Positions 25,410 to 35,043 of a stretch of 37,170 nt of DNA are shown one piece after another (the stretch's first letter is position 1; the number at the start of each line of letters is the position of its first letter). The position numbers and the translations under genes were made by a program. The DNA is from a virus (lineage: Duplodnaviria > Caudoviricetes), in the IMG/VR virus record IMGVR_UViG_3300019872_000010, positions 1-37,170 of that record; one strand, given 5' to 3'. The notes beneath the pieces were generated by a model that did not search any database, was not told the DNA's origin, and was given only the letters and a program-made list of their open reading frames with translations.

Positions 25410-25679
25410 ATGGCAATAAAAAGCCTCCTCCTTTGCTTCCTGATGGGATGCGCATCGACCGAAAAGCATCATATGCCTGAAGTTGTGGTGCTTAAATCAA
25501 CATGGGCCTTTTGCTGGAAGAAATGCGGGAAAGGCGATACGCTAGCATCAGTATCAAACAGTGCCTGCAATTGTTCCAACGGAGGGGTGGTTCCGCTCCA
25601 GCCACAGATCCCAATGGCTTCAGAGGAGCCATCCTTCTTTTCGAAGTTGCTGGATTTCTTCACCGCTGAGGCAAAATAA
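25410..25679 (+). CDS. Small Cys-rich lipoprotein, 89 aa (start reassigned from 25131)
   Basis: GAGGA RBS; MAIKSLLLCFLMG-C lipobox; CWKKC and CNC. Confidence 0.65.
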   Translation: MAIKSLLLCFLMGCASTEKHHMPEVVVLKSTWAFCWKKCGKGDTLASVSNSACNCSNGGVVPLQPQIPMASEEPSFFSKLLDFFTAEAK

Positions 25680-25685
25680 GATCAT

Positions 25686-26111
25686 ATGTCGGGAATCACC
25701 GCTGAAGAACAACTGACCCCCGATGAGGAGAAGGCTATCGTATTCATATGCGATATGCTGATTGGCCTTGGCGCGACATGGGATCAGATCAAAGTGGAAC
25801 TCTTCCGAGTGACCCAGCGGGATGATCCTCCCTTTCGTCGCGTACCCTCCCAAAAGACCCTTGAGCGAATCTGTCTCTATTGGAACCAGTGCGATACGAT
25901 GGCTGAGTTGCGCGAAAAGAAGAAAGAGGGAGTCAAGATGAGCCTGAAGGGCAAGGCCGTGATGATGGCCCTGTCCGGGAACGTCCCCATGCTGATCTTT
26001 TGCCTGAAGAACCTCTGCCAGTGGACTGATCATCCGGCTCCCCAGGATGATGATCCGGATGAGGAAAAACCCAAGGGACCAAGGCTGGCCTATGACCCTA
26101 GAGCAATCTGA
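25686..26111 (+). CDS. terS: Terminase small subunit, 141 aa
   Basis: Directly upstream of TerL; GVKMSL...MALSGNVPMLIFCLKNLCQWTD motif typical of TerS-position proteins. Confidence 0.7.
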   Translation: MSGITAEEQLTPDEEKAIVFICDMLIGLGATWDQIKVELFRVTQRDDPPFRRVPSQKTLERICLYWNQCDTMAELREKKKEGVKMSLKGKAVMMALSGNVPMLIFCLKNLCQWTDHPAPQDDDPDEEKPKGPRLAYDPRAI

Positions 26112-27525
26112 AGTTGAGGGCTCCTCCATCGATGCTGAGGAGGACAAGCCCTCTAATACCAACCTCACTGGGTTTGTCCCCTTTGGTTATCAGTGCGATG
26201 TTATCCGGCTGATATTCAATCACGCCTATTCCCTCTATACGCCCGAGATCCTCCTCTCAGGCTCCGTTGGATCGGCAAAGAGCATTCTCCTGGCCCACCT
26301 TGCCATCCTCCACTGTAGGCGCTGGCCGGGAGCTCGAGTCGCAATTGGGCGCCGCGCCCTCCCGGACGTAAAGCGGACCATATTTAGTGAGATTGTCGAA
26401 CACCTGGAAGGCGCCTTGGTCGAGGGGGTTGACTATAAGAAATCGGAGCACAAGGCCGAAATCACCTTTTCCAATGGCTCCAAGATCTTTCCTGTGACCT
26501 GGGGGGACAGGCGCTATGGGAAGTTTCGGTCCCTGAAGCTGTCGATGCTGATCATTGAGGAGCTTACGGAGAATGATGAGGAGTTTGCGGCCGGATTCAA
26601 GATCCTGAAGGCTCGGCTCAGGCGGATAAAGAAGGTTCATGAGAATATCCTGATCACCGCGACCAACCCGGGGGAGCCGGATAGCTTTTGGCACGACTAC
26701 TTCATTGAAGGGAGCAAGCAGTTCGCCTCCCGATACGTGTTCTATTCGATCACAACCGACAACTTCCACCTGGATCCGATCTATGTTGACCAGCTGCTTC
26801 AGGATTATAGCATCCTTGAAGCGGAGCGATATCTGTTCGGAAAATGGATAAGCCTGGAAGGGAAAGGGATTTATCATGCCTATGCTGAAGCAAGGAACTT
26901 CATCGATAAGGTTTACAAGCTTGATCGGACGCTTCCTTTGCGTATTTGCTTTGACTTTAACACGGCCGATGGGAAGCCGCAAAGCGCGGCCTTGCTTCAG
27001 GTTGATAGAAAGGGAAACTTCCACTTCTTTGCGGAATCCATCATTGAGAATGCGAATTGGTGCCTTGATAACTTAGATGAATTCGAGTCGCTCTATCCCT
27101 CAAGCGATCCAGGCCTTGTCGATAAATGCATATTCCATGAAGTCCCAAGCGTTATTGTACACGGCGATGCAACTGGAAAAGCCCGATCATCGAACTCCTT
27201 GCGCTCGAACTATGATCTCATCAAAGACTGGCTTGCCCAGCGAAAGATTGTTCACAAAATTGAAGTTCCGACGATCAACCCGCCGATCGTCAAGCGATGG
27301 ACAACGGTCAATGCACTGTGTCAGAATGCCAAAAAAGAAGTGAGACTGTTCGTTTATAAAAACTGCCCGACACTCAATCAGGGCATGAAGTTGACCCGAA
27401 AGAAAGAGGGGACGGCCGTGGAGGATGATTCGAAAAAATATCAACATGTGACGACTGCTATCGGCTATGGTATTTGTTATCTCAAAGCCAACGAAAACCG
27501 CGAATCCAAGGTAATCAATCTATGA
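26092..27525 (+). CDS. terL: Terminase large subunit (start 26092, or 26047 per the ORF track)
   Basis: Walker A GSVGSAKS, Walker B LIIEE, ATNP coupling motif, nuclease ICFDFN...HGDATG...HVTTAIGY. Confidence 0.95.
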   Translation: MTLEQSEVEGSSIDAEEDKPSNTNLTGFVPFGYQCDVIRLIFNHAYSLYTPEILLSGSVGSAKSILLAHLAILHCRRWPGARVAIGRRALPDVKRTIFSEIVEHLEGALVEGVDYKKSEHKAEITFSNGSKIFPVTWGDRRYGKFRSLKLSMLIIEELTENDEEFAAGFKILKARLRRIKKVHENILITATNPGEPDSFWHDYFIEGSKQFASRYVFYSITTDNFHLDPIYVDQLLQDYSILEAERYLFGKWISLEGKGIYHAYAEARNFIDKVYKLDRTLPLRICFDFNTADGKPQSAALLQVDRKGNFHFFAESIIENANWCLDNLDEFESLYPSSDPGLVDKCIFHEVPSVIVHGDATGKARSSNSLRSNYDLIKDWLAQRKIVHKIEVPTINPPIVKRWTTVNALCQNAKKEVRLFVYKNCPTLNQGMKLTRKKEGTAVEDDSKKYQHVTTAIGYGICYLKANENRESKVINL

Positions 27526-28949
27526 TCGATATTTTCACCGATGTCACCCGCAAGCGTATAGCGAAGTTCATTCAGAATGAAGCCGATCGGATCATCTATA
27601 ACGCCGAGATTTTCACAATTCTCGAGGGGAACGTGAAGGTTTTGCTCGAACAAAAGATGAAAGATGACCTTGGCCAAAGATCCTTCGATGCGGCCAAGTT
27701 CCGGCAAGCACCAATCAATGTTTTCAGAAAGATTATCGACAAGCTCACAAATATCTATCAATCGACCGTGATCCGGAGCGTGGTCGATGGGAATGATTCC
27801 GATGAAAAACTGCTTCGCTGGTATGAAGAACAGCTGAATATGAATCGGAAAATGAACATCAGCAATGAGTTCTTTAATGCCTACCTTTACAACCTGATTC
27901 ATATCGGCCTGACCAATATCAATCCGGTCACCGGCATGGGCAAGCCCTTCATTCGGTCGATCCCGAATCATGAATTCCTGGTGATGAATGACTCGGAAAC
28001 TGACCCGACCAGCGCGGACGTGATCATTGTGTTCATGGGAAAATGCACAATCGTCGCCCAGGAGCATCATATTTTCTGGGTGTTCACTGATTCCCAGTTC
28101 GCGATCCTCAATCAGGAGGGCGATATCATGCTCGAGCAAATGAGGGATCATGAACAGGACGGCATGAATATCCTGGGAACCGTTCCGATGATCTATACGA
28201 ACAACTCGGACAATCAGGCTATGCCCGGGATTCAGACTGATAACAAGGACATGACCCTTCTTATCCCTCTGCTTTTGACCGATTTGAATTATGCGGTAAA
28301 ATACCAGTGCTTTTCGATCTTTGTCGCGATCAATCTGCAGGACAAATCGATCGAACTTTCCCCGAACTCGATTCTCAGCTTTGCATCGGATGGAACAGCT
28401 GAAGGTGGCTCGAGCTTCCAGGCCGTGAAGCCCACGGTCGATATCAGCGCTGTCCTTTCGCTGGCCAGTTCGCAAATGAGCCTGTGGCTTACCAGTAAAG
28501 GCTTACGCCCTGGTGCGGTTGGAACCTTAGGAGTCGATCAGTTTGCATCCGGAATCAGTAAAATGATCGATGATTCCGACACCTATGAGTCGATCAAAAA
28601 ACAGATCAATACCTATGTGACAACCGAAGCCGCATTCTGGGAAAAACTGATGCACCAGATCCATCCGAAGTGGGTGTCGCGGAATCTCATCGATAACAAA
28701 ACGCTATTTAGTCCCAAGGCCCGGGTTGTGACCACGTTCACCAAACCCATCCCGCTCCAATCGCGCGGCGAGATGGTCAAGGACACCGACCTTGAAGTTA
28801 AGTCTGGTTTTATTTCCAGAAAACGTGCTATCAAAAAACTCAATCCCGAAATGCCCGATGCTGAGATCGAATTACTGATCAAAGAAATTGATGAGGAAAA
28901 ACCTTTCATCGATCCCTTGGTCGAGAATAAACCTGGAGTTGTCGCCTGA
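27522..28949 (+). CDS. Portal protein, 475 aa (start reassigned from 27474)
   Basis: ATGA-coupled to TerL; size; INVFRKIIDKL, ASGISK and GFISRKRAIKKLNP portal patterns. Confidence 0.85.
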   Translation: MIDIFTDVTRKRIAKFIQNEADRIIYNAEIFTILEGNVKVLLEQKMKDDLGQRSFDAAKFRQAPINVFRKIIDKLTNIYQSTVIRSVVDGNDSDEKLLRWYEEQLNMNRKMNISNEFFNAYLYNLIHIGLTNINPVTGMGKPFIRSIPNHEFLVMNDSETDPTSADVIIVFMGKCTIVAQEHHIFWVFTDSQFAILNQEGDIMLEQMRDHEQDGMNILGTVPMIYTNNSDNQAMPGIQTDNKDMTLLIPLLLTDLNYAVKYQCFSIFVAINLQDKSIELSPNSILSFASDGTAEGGSSFQAVKPTVDISAVLSLASSQMSLWLTSKGLRPGAVGTLGVDQFASGISKMIDDSDTYESIKKQINTYVTTEAAFWEKLMHQIHPKWVSRNLIDNKTLFSPKARVVTTFTKPIPLQSRGEMVKDTDLEVKSGFISRKRAIKKLNPEMPDAEIELLIKEIDEEKPFIDPLVENKPGVVA

Positions 28950-29389
28950 TGGCAAACAAGGAAACAAAGCTGACTCTTGAGGTTCCTTCTTACTTCAGCG
29001 CCGGACAGCGGGCTGAAGTCGCGAAGCAGGCAATTGAATTCATCCAGGAGCGATCGAAGAGCGGGTATAACGTGGAAGGGAAAGACTGGGCGGGAAAGGC
29101 CGGAAAATACACCGATGCTTACGCAAAGAAAAAAGGTGTGAGCTCAGGCGGGCCGGTTGATCTGGCTTTGAGCCATGACATGCTAGATGCCATGAAATAC
29201 TTTCCCAGTCTTTCCTCCAAGGGACAGATCACTGTCGGATATAAAAAGGGAACCAAGCAGGAAAGAAAAGCTGAGGGGAATATCCTGGGCACCTATGGTC
29301 AGCCCAAGCCCATACCTGGAAAGGCGCGGCCGTTCCTCGATATCCTGCAAAAGGATCTGCAAAAAATCATTGATGGAGTCGATAAATGA
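28949..29389 (+). CDS. Virion morphogenesis / tail-completion-like protein, 146 aa
   Basis: IQERSKSG...YTDAYAKKK...VDLALSHDML...ARPFLDI. Confidence 0.65.
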   Translation: MANKETKLTLEVPSYFSAGQRAEVAKQAIEFIQERSKSGYNVEGKDWAGKAGKYTDAYAKKKGVSSGGPVDLALSHDMLDAMKYFPSLSSKGQITVGYKKGTKQERKAEGNILGTYGQPKPIPGKARPFLDILQKDLQKIIDGVDK

Positions 29390-29835
29390 CAGCGACAAAG
29401 GAAGTCGCCGATTATTTTGCTCGAGTGTTCGGCCAACTGGATGATGAAAAAATCGTCCGCAAGGTCGGGAACTTTCTTATAAAGATGATCAAGGTAAGGA
29501 CGCGATCAGAGGGGAAGGGGGTCGCACGACCGGGTGGCCCAACCAGAAAACTGAAACGCGTGGGCGACAAATATGCGAAGTGGAGGGCGAATCGACCCGC
29601 TCATCCTGAAGCCGCCACCGGAATTAACAGCAATTTGACCTTAAAAGGCACCTTGCTTGATTCCATGGTCCTTCGCAAAGCCACCAGAAAACAGATCCTG
29701 ATAGGATTCAAAAACACAAAGGAGGAAAAAGTCGCAGAGGGACAAGCGGCTCAAGGCCGAACATTCTTAGTATTGAGTGCAGGTGAGATCACTGAAGCAA
29801 GGAAATACTTGATCAGCATCTTAAAGAAATTATGA
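29386..29835 (+). CDS. Second virion morphogenesis-like protein (paralogue of the upstream gene), 149 aa
   Basis: IKVRTRSEG...KYAKWR...SNLTLKGTLLDSM...GRTFLVL. Confidence 0.65.
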   Translation: MTATKEVADYFARVFGQLDDEKIVRKVGNFLIKMIKVRTRSEGKGVARPGGPTRKLKRVGDKYAKWRANRPAHPEAATGINSNLTLKGTLLDSMVLRKATRKQILIGFKNTKEEKVAEGQAAQGRTFLVLSAGEITEARKYLISILKKL

Positions 29836-29868
29836 AACAGTTGACAGAAAAAATTCCAGCGAGGTAAT

Positions 29869-30501
29869 ATGACCACAACCCAACCAGGATCTTCCAGTGG
29901 AAATCCAACCGAGACAGCCGGTGGCGTCGGTGAAACGAATACCCAGACAGTAAGCTATGACACCTATACTAAAACTTTAGGTGAAGCCAAGGCTGCAAAG
30001 ACTAAGCTCAATGAGGCTTTAGAGAAGTTGGCTCATTTCGAAACAAATGAGAAGTCAGCCAATGAAAAAAAGCTTTTGGATGAGAAGAACTTTGCGGAAG
30101 TTATCGAGAATTTGAAGCGTGAAAAAGCTGAACTGACCGACGAAGTTCAAACTCATAAACGCGACAAGACTGACTTTCGCAAGGTTAATGCAGCGATCGG
30201 CTTGCTTACCGAAAAAGGTATCGCGTTGGAACCCAAGTATCTCGGGCTCCTCAATCTAAATGATATTCAAGTCAGTGATTCGGGCGAAGTCGATTTAACT
30301 TCTCTGGCCAAAGTTGTCAGTGATTTTCAAACCGATCATCCCAGACTTGTCGTGCCACTTGGTAAATTGCCTCCCAACGGCAAAACCGGTGGGGACGGTG
30401 GCTTGAAGAAAATTTCGATGGAAGAGTATTCGAGATTGTCGAATGCCGACAAGGTGACCGCTATTAAAGAAAAGCGAGTCGAGGGACAGCCAGGCACGTA
30501 A
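29869..30501 (+). CDS. Capsid scaffolding protein, 210 aa
   Basis: GAGGT RBS; coiled coil; directly upstream of the capsid gene; no protease motif seen. Confidence 0.75.
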   Translation: MTTTQPGSSSGNPTETAGGVGETNTQTVSYDTYTKTLGEAKAAKTKLNEALEKLAHFETNEKSANEKKLLDEKNFAEVIENLKREKAELTDEVQTHKRDKTDFRKVNAAIGLLTEKGIALEPKYLGLLNLNDIQVSDSGEVDLTSLAKVVSDFQTDHPRLVVPLGKLPPNGKTGGDGGLKKISMEEYSRLSNADKVTAIKEKRVEGQPGT

Positions 30502-30571
30502 TCGGAAATTCCCAGAAATTCCCGACCGTGGCCAGCTGTTTCAAAGCAAAACCACGGAAGGGTAAACCGCG

Positions 30572-31441
30572 ATGACAGCCACCAATTTAGCCGCCGTTCA
30601 AACCGCAATGCAGACTTTCTGGTCGCCTGTTTTTATGGAACAGCTTCGCCAGACCAACATCATCTATAACCTGATCAACCGATCCTATACCGGCGATCTC
30701 AAGGAAGCTGGGGACACCGTTAAGGTGAACCAGATCAATGATGCCACCGGTCAGATCCTGACCATCAATACCAGTGGTGGCGCTCGTACGTTCACTCCTG
30801 AAGCCCTTTCCATGACCAGCGTTTCGATCACTGCCGATCGCCGTTTGGTGGCCTCTTTCGATATTGAGGATCTGGTTTTCATCCAGTCCCTGGTCGATCC
30901 GTTCGGAGCCAACTCCATCAAGCTTCGCGCTTCCATGCTGAATGCGATCAACAATCAGTTGAACTCGTATATCTATACCAAGGTCGCGCCAACAACCTCG
31001 ATTGCATCGACCAGCACGCTGACTGCAGCGACTGTGGCTCAGGCTTTTGAGATCGCTTCCCAAGCTAAATGGCTGGAAGAAGGCGGCTGGTATGGCCTGC
31101 TTGCTCCCGGCTATTACGCCGATGCATTGATGGACACAACCCTGATGAGTTCGGACTTCGGCGCGACCGATGCTCCTGTCATCAGCGGTCAAATGGCCCT
31201 CAAACGCTTCAATTTCAACATGTATAAGGACAATACCCAGACCGTGAGTGCCACGGCGGGCGGCTTGTTCTTCCATCCGGACTGGTGCTATCTGGTGACC
31301 CAGCTTGAGCCACGCTTCCAAATCTCCAGCAAGCACGGTCAGGGCGAATTCGCTTACGTGCTGTCTGTTGATATGGTTATCGGCGCGATCCTTGGAATCC
31401 AGGGCGCGGCCAAACATATCGTCCTGAAAACTGGTGCTTAA
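30572..31441 (+). CDS. Major capsid protein, 289 aa
   Basis: FWS...INRSYTGDLKEAGDTVKVN motif of P22-coat-like/HK97-fold capsids; biased codon use; terminator follows. Confidence 0.9.
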   Translation: MTATNLAAVQTAMQTFWSPVFMEQLRQTNIIYNLINRSYTGDLKEAGDTVKVNQINDATGQILTINTSGGARTFTPEALSMTSVSITADRRLVASFDIEDLVFIQSLVDPFGANSIKLRASMLNAINNQLNSYIYTKVAPTTSIASTSTLTAATVAQAFEIASQAKWLEEGGWYGLLAPGYYADALMDTTLMSSDFGATDAPVISGQMALKRFNFNMYKDNTQTVSATAGGLFFHPDWCYLVTQLEPRFQISSKHGQGEFAYVLSVDMVIGAILGIQGAAKHIVLKTGA

Positions 31442-31454
31442 AAAACTCTGAAGC

Positions 31455-31486
31455 ATCGATCCTCATTTCGGGGATCGATCCTTTTT
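31455..31486 (+). terminator. Intrinsic terminator after the capsid gene
   Basis: ATCGATCCTC-atttc-GGGGATCGAT followed by ccTTTTT. Confidence 0.75.
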
Positions 31487-31511
31487 ATGTCATTTCATAG
31501 GGATTTTTCTC

Positions 31512-31760
31512 ATGAATGAATGGATCGACGATATCAAGCTGATTGTAAGTCGGGGTGGCGAGCTTGGATATGCGAAGCAGCAAGTCAGGGAATTGAATTA
31601 TCCAGTCGAATTGTTGAATGGCGGGATCGGTTCCAATGGCAATCCATGGCTGCTTGTTCGCAAGGTTTATTATCCTGTGAAAGATGATTATCTGCCACCT
31701 TCGGATCCGGTCGATACCGGTGATCCAGCGGATGATCCTGAAAAAAAAAGTGAAGAGTAA
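31512..31760 (+). CDS. Hypothetical protein, 82 aa
   Basis: AGGGA RBS; acidic tail; located after the capsid gene. Confidence 0.65.
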   Translation: MNEWIDDIKLIVSRGGELGYAKQQVRELNYPVELLNGGIGSNGNPWLLVRKVYYPVKDDYLPPSDPVDTGDPADDPEKKSEE

Positions 31761-31770
31761 GACTAGGAAT

Positions 31771-31804
31771 AAAAAAGGCTCTTCCGGGCGAGGGAAGGGC
31801 CTTT
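31771..31804. terminator. Terminator-like hairpin (longer U tract on the minus strand)
   Basis: AAAGGCTCTTCC-gggcgag-GGAAGGGCCTTT preceded by an A run. Confidence 0.6.
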
Positions 31805-31881
31805 AGGGATAGATTTTAGGCAAGGACGTGGGGAGGTTTTATGAAAATCTCCCCCGTTTTTTCTTCAAAGAAGGCAGGATC

Positions 31882-32739
31882 ATGATAAGCAATCTCGACC
31901 AGCGTGTAATGTATTTCAATTCCCAGACAGGGCAATTCCTGGATTATACAATCCAGGTCAATGAATTCAACAATGGGAAAACCGCTTCGATTCAATTGAA
32001 TCCGGGCGATTATCTTTACATTACGTCTTTCCTGCCTTTCAACCATAAGTATTTCATGATTGGTGGGCCACCTTCATCGACTGCCACCACAAGACCACTC
32101 ATTGAATATAACAACAATAATGAGTGGTATAGAGCCGCTGATTTGCTCGATTATACCGACTTTTTCAAGGAATCAGGAGTGCTTCAGTTCACTCCTGACT
32201 ATGACAAAAGCTGGGGACTGGTTGGTCGGAGCTCGACCGAAGTCACGGCGCTGGTCAATGCGCCTGTAGTCTATGATTCATACTGGATGCGCATCAGCTT
32301 CCCGGACGAAACGGATCCGGTTGAGTTCGAACTCGAATATGTCGGGCAGAAATTCTCATCGGATGATGATCTGTTCCAGGAATACCCGATGCTCCAAGCT
32401 CCAAAGCTCCTGGAAAATTGGAAAACAGGAAAAACCAGTTGGGATGATCAGCATCTTTTAGCGGCCACCTATGTTGCCAAGGAATTGGTGAAGCGGGATA
32501 TCCTGATAAACAATGCACAGATCCTGGATATAGCGACCTTGCGTGGCCCATCGGTTCACAAGACCGCCGTGATCATTTATTCAGGGATCGGAGCCAGAAA
32601 TTTCAAAGACGAAATAGCCCTGGCCGATAGTAAGTTCGAAAAGGCCATGCGCATGGATAAATTTCAGGTCGATCTGAATGCCAACGCCCGCAAGGACCGA
32701 CCGGAAGTTTGTGTCACCACAAGCAGGGCCTCACGATGA
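31882..32739 (+). CDS. Putative head-tail adaptor with an N-terminal beta domain, 285 aa (start reassigned from 31828)
   Basis: AGGCAGGA RBS; position; helical C-terminal third ending QVDLNANARKD..E.....RASR. Confidence 0.55.
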   Translation: MISNLDQRVMYFNSQTGQFLDYTIQVNEFNNGKTASIQLNPGDYLYITSFLPFNHKYFMIGGPPSSTATTRPLIEYNNNNEWYRAADLLDYTDFFKESGVLQFTPDYDKSWGLVGRSSTEVTALVNAPVVYDSYWMRISFPDETDPVEFELEYVGQKFSSDDDLFQEYPMLQAPKLLENWKTGKTSWDDQHLLAATYVAKELVKRDILINNAQILDIATLRGPSVHKTAVIIYSGIGARNFKDEIALADSKFEKAMRMDKFQVDLNANARKDRPEVCVTTSRASR

Positions 32740-33188
32740 GCAAAGTTGTCGACATAAAAACAGCTTTGGGCACTCTGATTGAGGCCACGATATCCGGATA
32801 TACCCAGCTGGCCGATGCTTATCAGGCCGATGATAATTCATCCTTGGATCTCCTTAAGGGCTATAGCATTGGCTTCGGGCCAAGTGAAAATGTCCAGGAT
32901 GAGTGGTGCATGGGGGAGGTTCATCAAAGACGCCAATTCCAGGTCACCCTTACCAACGGCTATTGGCCTGATCTGGATGCAGACAAGCGCGAAGACATGG
33001 AATGCGATCTGATGAATGATGAGTTTGACGTGATATCGGCGATCCAATCCGACATTACATTGACCGGTGTAAGCATCAGTTCCGCTTTTATCAGCGACAA
33101 TGGAATCGAATATCTGATCGGCGATCAGAAGCAGTTCATCATTATAGAAATGACCGTTTTGGTCGATTATATCGAGGGAGTGACCTAA
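32736..33188 (+). CDS. Putative tail terminator, 150 aa (start reassigned from 32709)
   Basis: ATGA coupling; acidic; SDITLTG motif; immediately before the tail tube gene. Confidence 0.6.
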   Translation: MSKVVDIKTALGTLIEATISGYTQLADAYQADDNSSLDLLKGYSIGFGPSENVQDEWCMGEVHQRRQFQVTLTNGYWPDLDADKREDMECDLMNDEFDVISAIQSDITLTGVSISSAFISDNGIEYLIGDQKQFIIIEMTVLVDYIEGVT

Positions 33189-33191
33189 AAA

Positions 33192-34727
33192 ATGGCTTTT
33201 GCATCACGTTCTAGCGTTTTTGCTTTTGTTCCAGAAATTGTCGAGGGAACTCCTGTCGATCCGGCCGCAAGTAATTTCACCGTTGTACGTGAAGGCGCTC
33301 AGCTTACCGGCGCGGTGAATACCGTGACCAGTGATGAACAGCGAAATTCCATTGGAGCATCCAAGGCTTTTGTGACTTCGCAGTCTCCGACCGGCTCGAT
33401 TCCAAAATACTTCAAGCCAAGCGGAACGCCGGGCGTGGCGCCGGATTATTCCATTCTCATCGAATCCTGCATTGGTGCAGTCGATGCGAATACAACCGAA
33501 TATAATACCGATGCTGGCTCAACCGCCGGGAGTTCGGCCGCTCGCGCGGTGATCAAAGTGGTCGCCGGCGTGGAAGCAAACTTCCAGAAAGGCCAAGCGG
33601 TCCTGGTCAAGGACGGCGTGAACGGCTATGCAGTCCGGAATGTATGGGATGGAATTTCCAGCACCAATCTCCCCATGAGTTTTAATTTCGGCGTTGCACC
33701 GGGCACCGGCCTTGGTCTTGGCAAAGCTGTTCTTTATTTGCCACAGAATACCGATCAGCCGACCTTCACCGCGCATATGTTCCAGGCATCGACTGTTTCC
33801 TCTGGTGTTCATCAGGCAATCGCCGGGTGTCGGACCACTTCGATGGCCATCGAATTCAACGCCAATGAGCTGGCCGGCGTGACCTTCGATATCGGCGGGA
33901 TCTCCTATCTGATCAACCCGATCACTATCACGGCATCCAGCAAGTATATCGACTTCACCGATTCCGCTGGCACCGTGGTCTGTGAACTGGAAGTAAAAAC
34001 CTATTCCAACCCGATCGAACTCGCGAATGAGATCGCATCGAAAATGGCCGCCGCATCGCTTCCAAGCGGAGCGGACGTGATCACTTGTGCCTGGTCGAAC
34101 AGCACAGGCAAGTTCACAATCGCATCCGATGGGACGGTGCTCAGCCTTCTTTGGGCCACCGGAACAAACACCGCAAACAGCGCCAAGACCAAGCTTGGCT
34201 TTGCGAATACTGATGACACCGCCGCGCTCACCTATGACTCCGATACCGCTCAGGCCTACAACCCGGCCGTGACCCCTGCTTACGACAGTCAGCCGCCACA
34301 GGTTGTCCGCGACAACATGCTCCAGCTGGGAACCTATAGTGATTACCTTTGCACAAGCGGACAGGCCCTTTCGATCACAATCGGAACACCAAAGACCGAC
34401 ATCCCGGATTGGTGTGCAGAGGACGGCATCGACGAATCCGTTGTCTTGACCCGAGAAGTCACCGTTTCCGCGACCATCAAACTGAAAAAGCATGATGTTC
34501 AAAAGTTCTATGACCTGATCAACAATCAGGAAACCATGCTGTCTTTTGTTCACGGCGAAAAGCTTGCCGGCAACTGGGTGCCTGGGAAAATTGTAAACGT
34601 GTTCGTGCCGACCATGTCTTATACCTCCACAACCATCGCGGATCAGGACGGCTATCTTGTGGTGCAGCTGGAAGGTATTTGCTATGTCGGCGATGATCTT
34701 GAAGACGTCTATATTAACTTTTTGTGA
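33192..34727 (+). CDS. Major tail tube protein with inserted domains, 511 aa
   Basis: GAGGGAG RBS; AFVPE...GTP, PTFT...GCRTTSMAIEF and REVTVSAT tube motifs; followed by chaperone and TMP. Confidence 0.8.
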   Translation: MAFASRSSVFAFVPEIVEGTPVDPAASNFTVVREGAQLTGAVNTVTSDEQRNSIGASKAFVTSQSPTGSIPKYFKPSGTPGVAPDYSILIESCIGAVDANTTEYNTDAGSTAGSSAARAVIKVVAGVEANFQKGQAVLVKDGVNGYAVRNVWDGISSTNLPMSFNFGVAPGTGLGLGKAVLYLPQNTDQPTFTAHMFQASTVSSGVHQAIAGCRTTSMAIEFNANELAGVTFDIGGISYLINPITITASSKYIDFTDSAGTVVCELEVKTYSNPIELANEIASKMAAASLPSGADVITCAWSNSTGKFTIASDGTVLSLLWATGTNTANSAKTKLGFANTDDTAALTYDSDTAQAYNPAVTPAYDSQPPQVVRDNMLQLGTYSDYLCTSGQALSITIGTPKTDIPDWCAEDGIDESVVLTREVTVSATIKLKKHDVQKFYDLINNQETMLSFVHGEKLAGNWVPGKIVNVFVPTMSYTSTTIADQDGYLVVQLEGICYVGDDLEDVYINFL

Positions 34728-34743
34728 TCGGATTTGAATTTAT

Positions 34744-35043
34744 ATGAGTGAGAAGAGCGTTACATTACCCGATGGATCCTGCTTCAAATATAGGATCCCG
34801 AATGTTGTCGAGCAACTCAGGTTGTTCGGCAAATCAAAGTTCTATTCCCAGGCTTGTCTTGACGATATTTATGCCCAGACTTCAGGGATCCTCGAGCATG
34901 CGCATGATTTTGTCACAGTTATTGAGGGAGCATACAAGACGTTCCAGGAAATTCTGGATGATCGGAATAACCTGGATCCTCTTATTGATTTTGCCTTGGA
35001 TCTTGCGAACCAGGGATTGAAGGAAATCGAAAAAAAGCCCTAA
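34744..35043 (+). CDS. Tail assembly chaperone (gpG analogue), 99 aa
   Basis: Between tube and TMP; ends GAA AAA AAG CCC TAA. Confidence 0.85.
   Translation: MSEKSVTLPDGSCFKYRIPNVVEQLRLFGKSKFYSQACLDDIYAQTSGILEHAHDFVTVIEGAYKTFQEILDDRNNLDPLIDFALDLANQGLKEIEKKP
35031..35037 (+). promoter_or_regulatory. Programmed -1 frameshift slippery site A AAA AAG
   Basis: In-frame X XXY YYZ heptamer; the -1 frame is open to TGA 35262-35264. Confidence 0.85.

Noticed and set aside
24634-25679. Further heme-binding motifs (CERC, CGYC, CWKKC)
   Set aside because: None has the His that follows CxxC in a heme-c site; more consistent with zinc binding or disulfides
29841-29870. TTGACA-N18-TAATAT promoter-like sequence before the scaffold gene
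   Set aside because: The -10 overlaps the start codon, so a transcript would begin inside the gene; unsupported without TSS data
30587-31456. 289-aa minus-strand ORF mirroring the capsid gene (likewise 33519-34553, 27477-28475, 26257-27024, 11810-12472)
   Set aside because: Antisense shadows of codon-biased genes; no recognisable motifs and they fully overlap confident genes
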